DNA of 63,412 nucleotides, counting the filler, from Diploschistes diacapsis (lineage: Eukaryota): NCBI GenBank assembly GCA_023645945.1. It is 24 parts of 24 records of this genome, joined end to end, with 100 filler letters (N's around TTAATTAATTAA, not from the genome) between each part and the next. Parts side by side here need not be neighbours in the genome. Positions count along the whole stretch, not along the records: positions 1 to 1,085 come from JALAIB010004028.1; positions 1,186 to 2,269 come from JALAIB010004029.1; positions 2,370 to 21,036 come from JALAIB010000403.1; 21 more parts are not named here. One strand, given 5' to 3'. Shown piece after piece: positions 1-12,405 of this stretch (the stretch's first letter is position 1; each line of letters opens with the position of its first letter). A program made the position numbers and the translations under genes. The notes under the pieces were generated by a model. The model had not been told where the DNA came from, ran no database searches, and was given only the letters and a program-made list of their open reading frames with translations.

Positions 1-87
1 AAGATAAACACGTCCCGATTTAAAGGAGCCGTAACGGTATTTTTATATAATTTAAAGCGATAGTTGGTTGCCGATAATAAAGCTGTT

Positions 88-552
88 TGTTACGATCCAG
101 GTCATCAAGTGGTCATCTGGTACGTCATAGCTAGTCGGGCACTTCTCAACCATTCCTTGTATATAGTTAACCACGGATATTAGGTCACGTGATTGACAGA
201 TATCCAGCGATAGATATCTGTTAGAAATAGATCTGTCTAGATAGTTATCTATTAGTAATAATTCTGTCGTAATAGTTCGGTTGTCGGCAACCAGCTGTCG
301 CCCTGGATTATATAGAAACACCGTTATAGCTTCTTTAAATCGAGGCGTGTTTATTTTTATAAATGTCTTTAGCGATTATTCGAGATCAATTTATATTCGT
401 TATCTTCTATTATTAAAAAGTAATCTTTTTAAAAATCAGGATAAACCTATTACCGATCTACTTCTTCTCCTTTCATACTCCTCTTCTATCAGAAACCAAA
501 CCTACCTTAATCAATACCTCGTGTCTACGTTATAGAGATAGAGATCATAACA
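88..552 (+). mobile_element. LTR of retrotransposon family A (about 465 bp)
   Basis: Bounded by TGTTACGATC...GATCATAACA (TG..CA with short terminal inverted repeat). Homologous copies lie at 1830-2262, 54081-54495, 21137-21278 (reverse) and 1-87 (reverse fragment). Confidence 0.8.
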
Positions 553-630
553 ACGATATCGTTTTAAGATTAAGCGAATTTTAAAAAAAAAATACGAAGT
601 AACGCGTCTAATAAACAGCCAGATTATATA

Positions 631-1085
631 ACGTGTTTCACGGTCGTCTGGGCCACCCTCCCATCTAGGCCACCCCAAATCACTACCGCTCCTATTCTAC
701 GGTTTTCAGATACAACCTGTTTATCGCAATTAGAATCTAATCGATTTAAATTGAATCTATCCTCCTTTTCTTTAATTTCCTCGATTTTAAAAACGGGACG
801 ATGTTTTTTACGCGTTATAGATTTTTTCGAAATGGTTTAATTTACTTTAATCTAAACTGTTATTTTAAGAACTTCGTTTATATTAAATATAAAACGACCT
901 TTTAATTCGATTCGTTTATTTAATTTACGTTTTTTACGATTATTAAGAAACGTTTTTTATTCTCGATTTTCTTTACGAAGCGTTATAAACTCAATATGCG
1001 TCGATTCAAATATACGGGTTACTCGACTCGAATAACGTCGAATCGGGCTGATTAATTTTAGAACGGCTCGTAACGTTTAATTAAA
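631..1085 (-). mobile_element. 3' end of a RIP-degraded Fot1/pogo-type (Tc1/mariner superfamily) DNA transposon
   Basis: TA followed by TIR ACGTGTTTCACGG..GGCCACCC..GGCCACCCC. The internal sequence is the reverse complement of the copies at 52900-53208, 56441-56825 and 58945-59326. Confidence 0.8.
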
Positions 1086-1185
1086 NNNNNNNNNNNNNNN
1101 NNNNNNNNNNNNNNNNNNNNNNNNNNNNNTTAATTAATTAANNNNNNNNNNNNNNNNNNNNNNNNNNNNNNNNNNNNNNNNNNNN
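1086..1185. other. Artificial contig linker (44 N + TTAATTAATTAA + 44 N); first of 23 identical linkers
   Basis: Identical 100-bp linkers start at 1086, 2270, 21037, 22221, 23405, 24589, 25772, 26955, 28138, 29321, 30504, 31687, 32868, 51619, 52800, 53981, 55161, 56341, 57521, 58700, 59879, 61057 and 62235. TTAATTAATTAA gives stops in all six frames. Confidence 0.99.
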
Positions 1186-1829
1186 AACTTAACGGGATAA
1201 TAATCTTATCCCTTAGAACCTAGTTTAAGTAATTAAACGACATCGTCGTTAATTTAGATAATTTCGGACCGAATTTCGTTAACAATCTTTTTTAAATATT
1301 AATATATATTTCGGACGATTTTAAATCTAATTCTTCCGTTAAACAACGCGTTTTTTTATTAATACGATCTTCCGTTAATTTAAAAATCTTTCGATTACGA
1401 CGAATACGACGTTTACGCTAAAGACGACGATCCTTAATTTTACGAAATTATTTTTTCAGCTCTTTCTCTTGCTTATTATCCTCGTCAATAAGCTTCTTAT
1501 TTTTATCGATTTCTTTCTTTTTTAAAAGGATAATTCGTTTAACTATTTCTTAGGTAATAAAAATGTAATCCTTTCTATTAGACTTAGTATAGCGAGCGTA
1601 TTTAACGGAAATAAAAACTATTTTAATGCAGTCGTAAGAAAACAGATAATGATTGTAAGGTAATATATCTAGAAAACCCCGAAGACGAATGATAGAATCT
1701 AAACGTTTCTTTTGTTTCGAAGATAAAAAAGATATCGTTGTTTTACGACTTGGGATTCTTTTTTGTTTAATACTTATGTTAGACCTTTCGGTGAATTATC
1801 GGGCCGATGATGTTGAAGGAGGGGGATAA

Positions 1830-2262
1830 TATTACGATCCGAGGTCCCGACCTCGTCACGTCCTAGCCGTTCGTTGTATAGCTCCGGTGACGCAGGGTCA
1901 CGTAACTAATAGACGATTAACGACAATTATTTGTCGCGATAGATCTATTTAAATAAATGTCTGTCGGTAATAGCGCTATCCCGATAGCTTTATTATCGAT
2001 AACTGATTATTATTCTAAATTATATAAAAACCGTATCTTGGTTTTTATAAAAAGGATATATTTATTTTTATAAATATCTTTAGCGATTATTCGAGATTAA
2101 TTTATATTTATTATTCTTTATTAATAGAAAGCAATGTTTTAAAAATTAATATAAATTTATAACCGATTTATTTCTTCTTCTTTTTATAGTTTTTTTTAAT
2201 AGAGATTAAATTTATTTTAATTAATATCTCGTGTTTATTTTATAGAAATAAAGATTATAACA
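1830..2262 (+). mobile_element. Heavily RIP-mutated LTR of family A, preceded by a polypurine tract (3' LTR)
   Basis: Aligns to 88-552, mostly by C>T/G>A changes. Purine tract GAAGGAGGGGGATAA at 1815-1829 lies immediately upstream, and the copy ends ...TATAACA. Confidence 0.75.
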
Positions 2263-2369
2263 CTTAAATNNNNNNNNNNNNNNNNNNNNNNNNNNNNNNN
2301 NNNNNNNNNNNNNTTAATTAATTAANNNNNNNNNNNNNNNNNNNNNNNNNNNNNNNNNNNNNNNNNNNN

Positions 2370-3110
2370 GCCCCTAACCCCCTACCCCTGCCTGAGCCTC
2401 TGAATGTTCCTCCTCCCACGCATCACCGCTCTCGCCCGTACCTTACAATCATAGCTCGCGCCTGGTCTCCCGGTGCCAAGGTGCTCGCTCTCAGCAGCGG
2501 TCTAAGCCAGAGCCTGCGCCTGCTCGCCGCCGCGGGTGTGCCCACTGAGCACATGCTGGCGCTGGACGTGCAGCCGGAGCTGTGGGAGCTGGGGTTTGAG
2601 TTATTTCGCGATAGGGAGAAGATGCGCGCGGAATTTGTGCGGGGGGATTTCGTGGGGTCGGAGAGAGGGAGGATGGGAAGGGGGCGATAGAGATGCGGAA
2701 GGAAAGACGTGGGGATGAGGAGCCCGAACGGGATGGGAACGCCATTGAGAATGAGATGGCGGCTCTGAAGGGTAAAGTGGATATATTCATAGCCACCCAG
2801 TTCTTCCACCTCATTTCGTACCCAGGCCAGATACTAGCTATTAAAAAACGTCGTCGCGCTATCGAAAGTCAGGACTATCGTAGTCGGGTCCCGGCAAAAG
2901 CGGCTGCGGGCGCGCGAGTAAGAGAGGCCGTGGGGGATGATGTTCTATCAGTACCTGGAGTCATGGGCGGAGCTTTGGCGACAGGTGGAGGGACAGATGG
3001 AGATGAAGTAGAAGATTAAGGCAGAGCTAGAAGAGAAGAGGAAGGGTTGATATTGCTAGGTGTAAGACGGTTAGAGATCTCCGAGACGTTGTATCCGTAC
3101 TGTGCAATAG
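2370..3110 (+). pseudogene. Degenerate fungal class I SAM-dependent methyltransferase (AusD-like family), 5'-truncated by the contig end
   Basis: Recognisable motifs across frames: PYPCLSL*MFL, VLALSSGLSQSLR (degenerate LDLGCGLGQDLR), LDVQPELWELGFELFRD, LKGKVDIFIATQFFHL, ESWAELWRQVEGQMEMK*KIKAELE. Stops at 2401, 2688, 2919 and 3009, plus frameshifts. Confidence 0.75.
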
Positions 3111-3470
3111 AGGACTGTATAGGTCAAGGGGTCAAGGTGCTAGAAGATTGTTCTTGCTATTAGTCTTCTCGGAGCAACGCATTGTAGTACTGGTGGATTG
3201 GGAGAGCGCTCTGGAAAACGGACTTGTCCCTATTGGGTAGTAGCGGATTAGGATCGAAAGGTGGAGCGAAGACTTTGCTGATACTGCGTGAGTTTTTTTG
3301 TTGTTTCACCAAACTTATATCGGAGCATAACTATTCCCCAAAACCGCAACTAAGGAATGCAGAATGCCCTGGGTTCTCCCCTAAGCCTATAAATCATATA
3401 AGGAAGGATTGAGAACTTTCCTAGTCTGAAGCCGAGATCAACGTCCGTAGTATTTGCTATCCTCTTCTCT

Positions 3471-4540
3471 TTAGGCCGCCTTTCTCGCAACCGTAACCTC
3501 CAACTCATGCTGCAAAGTAACACCCTTGATCAGCTCAGGGTACGCACTGTCCAGGAGCTTTCTAAAACGAGGCCCTTCCGCATCAGGAGAACTGTTGTCG
3601 TAGCTCGCCAAGCTAATCTCTTCGCATGCGCCAAACTGAGTTTGGGACCACGCTACGCGGTACTCGGGTGGGACTCTGTATTGATCTGTCCATGCGTCAA
3701 GCATGCCTTGCTCCGTACAGAGCTGTGCTAGATGTTGCGTCCAGCTTTCGCAATAGTCAGCTGGTTATGGAAACGGATTAATGCGGCGTGCCAAATAACA
3801 CTAACTCTGCATATGACATGTTTTGAAGCTCGTGGAGAATTGCTTCAAGTATGGTTCGATCCATCTCGGGCCTTGCGCTGACCACGGTAACGGTCGCAAG
3901 GTTGATTTCTTGCCATTGAATGTGACCTCCTGGTTCTGCGGCGGATACATTAACATTAGCAAAGATGCCTATTTCTCTCATGCATATATACTAATCACAT
4001 GAAGCTTACTTAGCATTGTCATGATGTTTATCAGAACGGGTAGAAGGTCGGTTCCCTTTATAGCGGCGATAAACAGCCGCATGTTCACAATGTCGTAGAC
4101 ACCTCTGAGGTCTTCAGGAAGATCTGCCCGGATGTCTAGCTGGCGTATCGAACATCCTTGGGGGAGGAACTCAGAGGGTGGACACTGGTTTAGGGAAATG
4201 TCGAAGCCATCTATTTCAAGATTGGGATATCTCTGTTTGACATCTGCAATCCAGATGCTTTGATACGAGAAGTAAGCCCCTGTTTGTATGCTTATCAAGT
4301 TTATTAGCAATACCCTGTTCCCGTACCCACATCTGCGACTTTCATCCGCGACTCCTTTGACGGGGCAACCCGTGGGTGGATATAGAAACCGCAAACCTGA
4401 CTCCAGATGTAATGTTGTAAGTTAAGCCTGATCTCTTTCAGCAAGCGAACGCAGCCAATTGAAAGGCAAAAGTCACACCGAACAGATGATCTAGCGTTAT
4501 GTAGCAAGCGGTAGCCATCAATTTCCCAAGAGGCGGACAT
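3471..4540 (-). CDS. Class I SAM-dependent methyltransferase, about 5 exons
   Basis: RLNLQH, KVADVGTGTGIW (motif I), IDGFDIS, YDIVNMRL, LKPGGHIQWQE. Four GT-AG introns splice into one open frame. Confidence 0.85.
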
Positions 4541-5754
4541 GGCTTAGACGGTCACAGTGATGGTAGAGTAGAAAGACCAGAAACATATGAAATACGAACG
4601 TAAAGAGAGCCTAGGAAAGGTACATACATGGAAAACAAGCATTGGAATAGTATTATGACTACTTGGGGTCAATATAATTGAGCTCAAACGTCGAACTTGC
4701 TCTTCTTGAATTGTACACGTACTCAGTCTCGCAGGACGGCAGTCAAGCTAATGTGTCTCACCACGAAGGCTGCCTCGAAGTGTTGTAGCATTCTTTTCTG
4801 GGTCATAGTTGCAGTATGCTAGAAGAATTTGAGAATAGCTCGAGTCACGGAATATGTTCTCAAATCAGCTGTCACGTCAGTTCGCAGCTCAGGTGCCCAT
4901 GCATTATGTCTAACGTGTCCCTGAACAGATGAGTCCGAAAGGGGAGCAACTCAATCAAACTACCACGATCTACTGGAAGTATATGGAGCCTGCAATTTGC
5001 CCACTTACTCTATAAGGGATGCTAACTGGATCAACGCCCAATGCATGTAGCATCGACTCAGTCAAAGTGGGGTCTGCAGCGAAAACGGGGCGTGGATGAC
5101 CATAACAATAAACAGGGCAGCTGTGCAGATGCGCCATTGTTGAATTAGTTTGAGAAAGTGCAATGCTATCAAAGAAAATTAGCAAAGCTGGAATTCATGC
5201 GTAAATCAGATACTTTTGAAAGAAGTAAGGACGTAGTTTATACAGAAGTATGTCAGTGAAGAAGCACGTGATGCCAACCATAGGTACCGATGGCGTCTGA
5301 CTGTAGTCTGTAGTTCAGATCTTAGTGTACTTTTAGACTTTACACTCTAAGGTTGCACTAAGTTAGGAGGAACCACAGGCTGCGCTAACAGCTGAAGCCT
5401 ACTAGAACACTGCACATCATATCTATCACTTCGGGCCAGCAGTATGACCCAACAAGCGGCACTCTAATGTTCACGGGAATTCAAATGATACTTGATTGGG
5501 TTGACTAGAACAAGTAAGCTTCTAGTTAGCAGACGACAACGAGTTCCCTGTAGCAAAGTCATCTGTGTTCTCGGCTTTCCAGTCAAAGTTCAGCATCCCC
5601 AATTTGCCACATTGTCTGCCTTGTCAATGGAAAATAAGGCCTCTTAGGACAGACTATCCTATCCTTTTGTAAACGGCATATCTCTGGCATAAGTGATATG
5701 AGCGTCGACCATCACCTGGAAATTTCCACCTTATTGGAATGACGCCCCGTTTCC

Positions 5755-7549
5755 TCACCAGCCTTCCTCCAGGATATCGGTGATCATACGCTTGCACTCC
5801 GATAAATCACCTTTACTACCGCATGATCTGGTATGCGTGGTTATGTTCTGCTTCAGCCAGTCTCGAATTTCCTCTTCGAGCGAGCTCTCGGAATTTTCAG
5901 AGACCGAAAGAGGCGTGAGCTCCCTCTTGTGGCGGATGGTTTCATCGAGTTCCTGTGTGAGCCGGTCTGTTGTGACTTTTTGTTGAGCCTTATCATCTTT
6001 GAGCATCTGCTCTACCGCTTCCTCCTCCAATTTCTTGAGCGCGGCTCGCTTTTCTCGACACTCCGCGAACACCTGCTGGGTACGGGCCTCCAACTCATGC
6101 TTAGTGTCCGCGAGTTCCTCGATGGCTTGCTGCGTGATGCGCACAAGCTTTGACATTACTGGCACGTGCTCGGTAATTTCCAGCCCGTTGACGAATCGCT
6201 CAGCATGTTGGAGAAGTTTCAGTAGCCTAGCTGTTGAGATGGGGGTGCGGCTGACGGAGACGTTGCGGATCTCCGTCATACTCCTATAAAGGGCTGTGGG
6301 TAAGCTTAAGCCTCGTGATCCATCGCCGCCGAGGGGGAATTGTGTGTTGCGAGACTCGAAGATCTCGCACCACTTATCTAGCTCGATTCGCTCTGGGCAG
6401 TCCCAACCGTTTTGTTTGATGACGCCGCCAAGGTTCTTCTCCGCGAAAGCGAAGCAGGTATTTTCTAATACCCATTGTGCTCTTGAAAGGACCATGTGTT
6501 GTGCTGGAAAAGGTAGGTACAGAGGAAACAGTGCTGGAAACTCGGTAGTCTCTCTGGGAGCTAAAGTAAGGTCAGTTGGTTGCGAAAAGGATATAGAGTG
6601 GTGAATATGCCTTTTGTTTCATTGGACCCTTCGGCTGTGTTGCCTTCAGTTTCGACTTTCTTCTCGATGTGCTTGGCCCGGAGGACTGGAACATCGTTAG
6701 TACATCTGGGAAATAGTACATATTCGCCAGCATACCTTTTGAAACGATGGTCTCGTTTAATCCGTTCTTTGTGGATAGCTCAATTGGCTCTAGTTTCCAG
6801 ACATCTGCTGGATCGAGTCCCTTTCGGGCACGCCACCCCGGCTGTTCAGCAATCGTTGTGAAGGAGGAGTGAGAAGAATCCATCCCAATCTTGACACTGG
6901 AAACAACAGCGTCGGCACTTGTGTCCTGTTCAGAAAGTTTGCTAGTCTTATCGCCTTTGATATGTCTATCAGGTGTAGAGTTTGGCAGGTTCGCAGGGCA
7001 ATCCGGGTAGATTTGTTGGTGAACGTTTCCCTTAGAAGAGTTGTCCATCATTGGCTTTGCTCCGCTATCTGGCTGCAATGTCCACGGCCGCTGTGCAGTT
7101 TGGACGACATCATCCCCGAAGCGGAGATTCCGAATATAGGACATGGTCTTCCACTGGGGCGGTGCATCACTAACCTGCGTGTCCGGTATGGCGTCAAACA
7201 CCATATCCGGTATGGCACTCGGAATATCAGGAACTCGAAAGTTTATGCCCCGCTTGTTGCTGAAATAGCCTTCGTCAAGGAGCGTTTGCGTGTGCTTGCA
7301 TAAGAGATCCATGCCTATTTCCCGTACAAGACTGGCAGTCTGATAGGACATGGAGATACGTGACGTGATCATCCTTCGGATCTCGAAGAAGTAGATGGAG
7401 CCTGGGCCATGACCTTCAAACAGATCTTTAACGGTACGGTATACTCTCGCAAATATTGGATTTATGAGCAACCAGTCCTTCACTGGAGTCCTTGTTAAGT
7501 TCTCGTTGTCCGCCATAGCTGCTAGTTCTCTTGCTTTTCGAGACTCCAC
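5755..7549 (-). CDS. Fungal hypothetical protein with C-terminal coiled coil; 5' end uncertain
   Basis: ORFs 6572-7549 and 5755-6495 are joined by a probable intron (branch and acceptor CTGACCTTACTTTAG near 6561-6575). The C-terminal part has FPLYLPFPAQH..LENTCFAF..GWDCPERIEL.KW, which I recall from a conserved fungal family of unknown function. Another acceptor (CTAACACCAAG) near 7580 suggests an upstream exon. Confidence 0.6.
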
Positions 7550-9958
7550 AGCTACTTCTTCTTCGGGTAGCCAGAATTCTTGGTGTTAGGAAGAGAGGAA
7601 AGTAAATAGAAATGAAGGGTAGCCACAGGGAGAGTATTTAAATTACTGTGATTCACCATCGTCACCATGTGTTCTTTCTGTGCTTTCTTTCCTCCAAATG
7701 CATTGACTACGCGGTTGGTGTTCACGGATTCTGTCTTGCGGAGAAGGTTGTTCGCATATGGGTAGATGTGAGCGAATGGGCCCTTCACGGAATCTGTCAG
7801 GTGGAGACAAGGCGGAGAGGTTTGTTTATACAGTAGTAGAAGTGAGCGAGCGGGCCATCTCAACGCACCAGGTTAAGTGACATTGATACCACATTGTGCA
7901 GGCTCGTTAATATTTCCTGTTTAGGGTTCATGCGCTGGCCTTCACATGCTACTACAAATCTGTACAGTAAATGGTACGGACTGCCTCTTCTGAATGAGTC
8001 ATGAAGCCAGGTTCTCATCAACCATCCGGTAGATGCCAAGTCGTTGGCTTCCTGTGACAGCGGATCCACTGCTCCTATACACACTTACTTCGCAGGAATC
8101 CTCCGGATGTACCTGTCTTCGCCTCTTCGAGTCATACCAAAGGCTCTAAATATGGCAGATATGCCCAAATCGAGCCCCCTATACAGCCCGCTGGGGCTGA
8201 TGCCTCGACCCATAGAGCAGACGAACAAGCAACTTCCAGAGACAAGGCCATAACCTGCAAACCGGCCGCACACTCCCACCATATCCATGACAAAGGAGCG
8301 AGGACCCAGCCTAGCATGGCCATTATTCTTCCAAAAGCAGTCGACACGATACAGAAGTAAAATCCAACCAACGGACAGACGACTCCCCCTCTCCAGTCCC
8401 CCCTCAATACGTTCAAAAGCGCAAACCATGTCCAATGTTCAATTCCAGCCAAAATCTCCGAGCTGCCTGAGTTATCCCAATTCCCAGCTAGCCCTTGCTT
8501 CATCTTGGGGGCTTAACTCCACAATACTCCTTGCAAAAAACCGCGCTATAGACCGCCATCCCCCAGCTCAGAGCAGCAGCCTTTCCACCCCTCCATAACC
8601 CACAGTCTACTGCAGCATCAAAAACCCCCGAGTTCCCCTGTCCCTGGTAGCCGTAGGCGGAGCTGAGCTCGCCGGGTTCCGCGCGGCCCAAGGTAACGAG
8701 GACTAGCATTGGAGGTGATATCGGATAGGAGAGACTGGGCTAGTGGGGTGAAAGGGGCCTTGGTATATTGAGTAAGAGTGAGAAGACCTCGTATGACAAT
8801 GGGTGGAATATGACCGCGGGAATTAGCAGCGAGAAGGGATGGTGGTGGAAGCAGCGGGTAGGTACATGAATCTAAACACATAAACACCTAAACAGTTCAA
8901 CACCTGTGGGTAGTTGTCTGGCTTTGCAGGAACACGCAAGGGCTTTAGTTTTGAGCGCCATTATACCAGGGATTAATTCTTACATGATAAACTGGTATTG
9001 AAGCACTAACGTTTTCCCGAAGTAGTCCTTGATGGAGTCGAATGGATAAGTGACGAAATACGTCGCATTGAGAAGCTCTCAGATCACACCGCCACTTGGG
9101 CCTCCTTGAAGATATAACAGCTAGAGCGTCCGTATCGAAAACCTATCTGGTACCCCCATCTTTTCATCCCCTCCCTTTTCACACGCCCAAAACCCAATCC
9201 TCGCAAACCCGTCACTCACTCGATCCCTCAGCCTCTGTACTATCGGGCTGACGCGACGGCGGATCGCGCCTGCTGTTGACAAGAGTCTCAACGATGTCGG
9301 GTTGGCGAGTAGGGCGGGTCTCACTTGCTTTGGCTGGTGTATCGATAGTGTCAGGTTGGCGAGACGGCGGATCGGCAGAGCGGCGGCCAGGATTCTCGCA
9401 TTCTGGGGGCCCGCAAAGAGCCGGGGCCGCGATGGCTGCGTCGGCGCAGAGAGAGAGCAGCGGAGTTGGCCCCGAGGGTTACGGTAAGGAGGGCGAGCTT
9501 ATGCATTGTGGTGGAGAACAGGTCTTGAGATGGATGGTGTGCTTTGGGTTGGGGACTCTAGGTCAGCAGGAGGATGAGCAGAAATAGGGCGAGGGCCTCG
9601 TTATACATCTTTCAAGGGCCGGGCGAGGAGGTCTATGCAAGGCAGACGTGCTTCGTATGGAAGCCGTCTTGTGGTGGCTGCCATTATGCGCCTTTCCTAT
9701 GCCGTGTAATAGATGGAGATAATAGGGTCAAGTGTGCAAGGGTACCGAGTCTTCGCTTGTGGAAGAGCCATCACAGAGGAACCAGAAGACGTAGCTCGAA
9801 ATTTGTAATGGTCCCCGAGTTTATCTCTTGTGAGAATCATTTTGTAGCTTCTCGTTTGGTTCCAGGTCGTGATCTCATGTAATCCAACCCTTGCAAGCAG
9901 GATCGTACTGCTAAGACCAGTTGGCGCTAGTAGGTCAGCGCTAAGGAAAAGCCGGTAT

Positions 9959-12405
9959 TCACGAGTTAATGGTCTCAAAACCCCATAGATCATCTAGGTC
10001 CCAATCGGGCAGCCTGTTGATTGTCGCGAAATCGTATTGAGACCCACCGTTTTGGAGAGGAGGGAGCTTCGGGAGGTTAGCGAGCATGACATTATGCGCT
10101 GATAATTCTAGGCTCAGTAACGAATCAGTTCCGACCGGCAGCTGGCTAGGTGTGAGTGAAGAAACCGACGGTAAAGGCGTCTGCAAAGCTTGTCAGCAAT
10201 TGGCTCTGTACCGAATTGACTGTGAGTGTTGCGTTCGCTTACTTGAGACGCAGATGGCGTTGGGTTCTGCTTCGTCTGGAAGGCTAGAACTTGGAAGTAA
10301 AGCTTTGCAATGCGCCCAATGGCCTTGTCCTTGGACTCTTCCTCTTTGTTGCCAAGCCGGCATGAAGCGATTGAAAAGACCGCTGTGGCAAGCCAGAAGT
10401 TCTGATACCATTCACCCAACCGTAAAACCTTATCCTCAAAAATGCAGAGCGCTTGATCAACCGTTGAGTGAAGCGAAACTGCTAAGCTTCTGGCCATGGT
10501 GGCATCTGCGTGCGTTAGTACAGCGTTGTACGATATGGGGGACCACCCACTGACCCTGCGTTTCCAGCAGCATATTTAACGAGATCGTCAGAATGCCCGT
10601 ATATAGACTGTTGCTATAGAGATTCAGAGAGTTGTTCCCCGCGGCTGCTAACTTAAAGTAGTAGTCCAAGATTTTCTGCGAGGCAGTCATGCACGCAATC
10701 CTTGAGTAGGTCTTCTGCGTAGCCGGGCCAGTCCTTGTGGATGGGTTATGAAGATAGATCAAATACTGCCGCAGTTGGATATCTAGTAGCGCGCCTTCAA
10801 GCCTGACTGACCGAAATACACTTGGTAGACCGCTGCATGTGCGAGCATTTGGTTCTTTCACCCACATGGGGAGCTTGTCAAGTTCCTCGTTGATGCGAGC
10901 TTCGTAGTGCAGTATATCCTCGAAGCTCAGGTGGGTGTTGGAATCATTTATAGTTGACGCTAGAGAGACCCTCAAAGGAAGGCTCTGCAAAGATACCTTC
11001 AAGAACGAGGTTTCTGTCTTTTCGTTCAGAGGTTTCGCTTTCGGTGCCAATTCGCTTGAGCTTTCCATCTGATCGTCGTTTATATTTAGCGGAGCGTTGC
11101 AGTTTGACGGTACAGAAGAAGCTAACGGAGGTACGCCACGCATTGTCGAAGCATCCAGATCCCATTCAAAAATGGTAGCCCATAACCTTCGTCGCATTTC
11201 CTGTTCAAAGACCGAAATTTCGTTCTTTTCAATCAAACTGGGCTCAAGATGCAATCCAGAAGAGACGGCTTGCCTAAGCAAGTTTCCAGAAGCCGTCCAA
11301 GCCCTTTTTCTCTTGATGCAATTGATGCGCTTAGCAAGTAAGAGCAAGCAATGGGTCTGAAAGAATTCCATAGTGACATGCTTTTGGCTCTGGCGTGACA
11401 ACCACAATTCTACCGACGTAATCCACGTCTCAGCCGCTTCTCTTGCAGACGAATTTTGGTCATGGAAGCTTAGTTCCGTTGTGGAAAGGCAGTTGACAGT
11501 AGCCACAACTAGAAGGACGATGGCCACGAGAGATTCACTCCACGTGTGATAGTCACCACAACCGTATTGAGCCCAGAAAGAGGGTCTATGTAGAATCCGG
11601 TAGATGTGCTCATACGTATCAAAGTAAAGCCTTGTTAGCCGGTCAACAATTTCGCGGGAAGGTAACAATGTAAGCAGGTTCTGCTCTACGGGTGGGCGGT
11701 GGCGCCTTCGTTCCTTCTCCCTAGATCTCATATCCTCAAGGTCCTTCTGCACGCGTGCTAGGGGTGTCTGAAGCAGCGCAGGATCTTTAACAAAGTGATG
11801 TATCTCAGGGAACTGCGCCAGTCAGTGAAGTAGAAGGCACAAAGGGCCGATAACCATACAAACTTTAGCATGCTCGAGGGGTTAGTAGGGCCGAGGAAGT
11901 AGGTTTTGAAGCCTTTGCCTCTGAAATAGTGCGGTTCGTCCTCGAGCCTGGTGTCGTCCTGTGATTTTCTTCGACTCGTTACTCGATCCGGCAAGGTCAC
12001 CGTAGGGGTTTTTTGTAAAGACTCGAGGGTCGCTATCCGCGATTCAAGATACTCAATCTTCTGTTTCAGTGCAGAAAACGTCTCAGAACCGTTGGTGGCA
12101 GCACTCCTATCCACAGGTTCTTCGGTCTGCAGGATTGAGGTTCTCCTTGAACTTTGAGCAACATAACGCCTGAAGACAGGATCGGGCTCCTCCATCTCCG
12201 AAGTATGCCAGTCCATTGAATTATCCGCATTGAATACACAAGTCTGAGCATGACCCTCCTTTATACACCTAGCGCATGGTTGCTCGCGGTCACACTTGAG
12301 TTTCCGCCGCCTACAGTCGACGCAGGAATAGGTCTTTCTTTTCCGCTTTCTAGAGCCTTCGGGTGATGGCCCGAGATTGGTGCTGGCTTCGGACGTTTCC
12401 ATCAA
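9959..12405 (-). CDS. Zn(II)2Cys6 fungal transcription factor with Fungal_trans middle domain, about 4 exons
   Basis: CVDCRRRKLKCDREQPCARCIKEGHAQTC binuclear cluster. LLPSRE..YF..ILHRPSF and GLH..EQEMRRRLWATI motifs. Three GT-AG introns keep the frame to the TGA at 9959. Confidence 0.93.

Noticed and set aside
1130..1141. Recurrent TTAATTAATTAA as a biological motif
   Set aside because: Always centred in 44+44 N; it is a synthetic six-frame stop linker.
2370..2390. CCCTAACCC at a contig start as a telomere
   Set aside because: Single unit only, and it runs into the methyltransferase pseudogene (PYPC motif).
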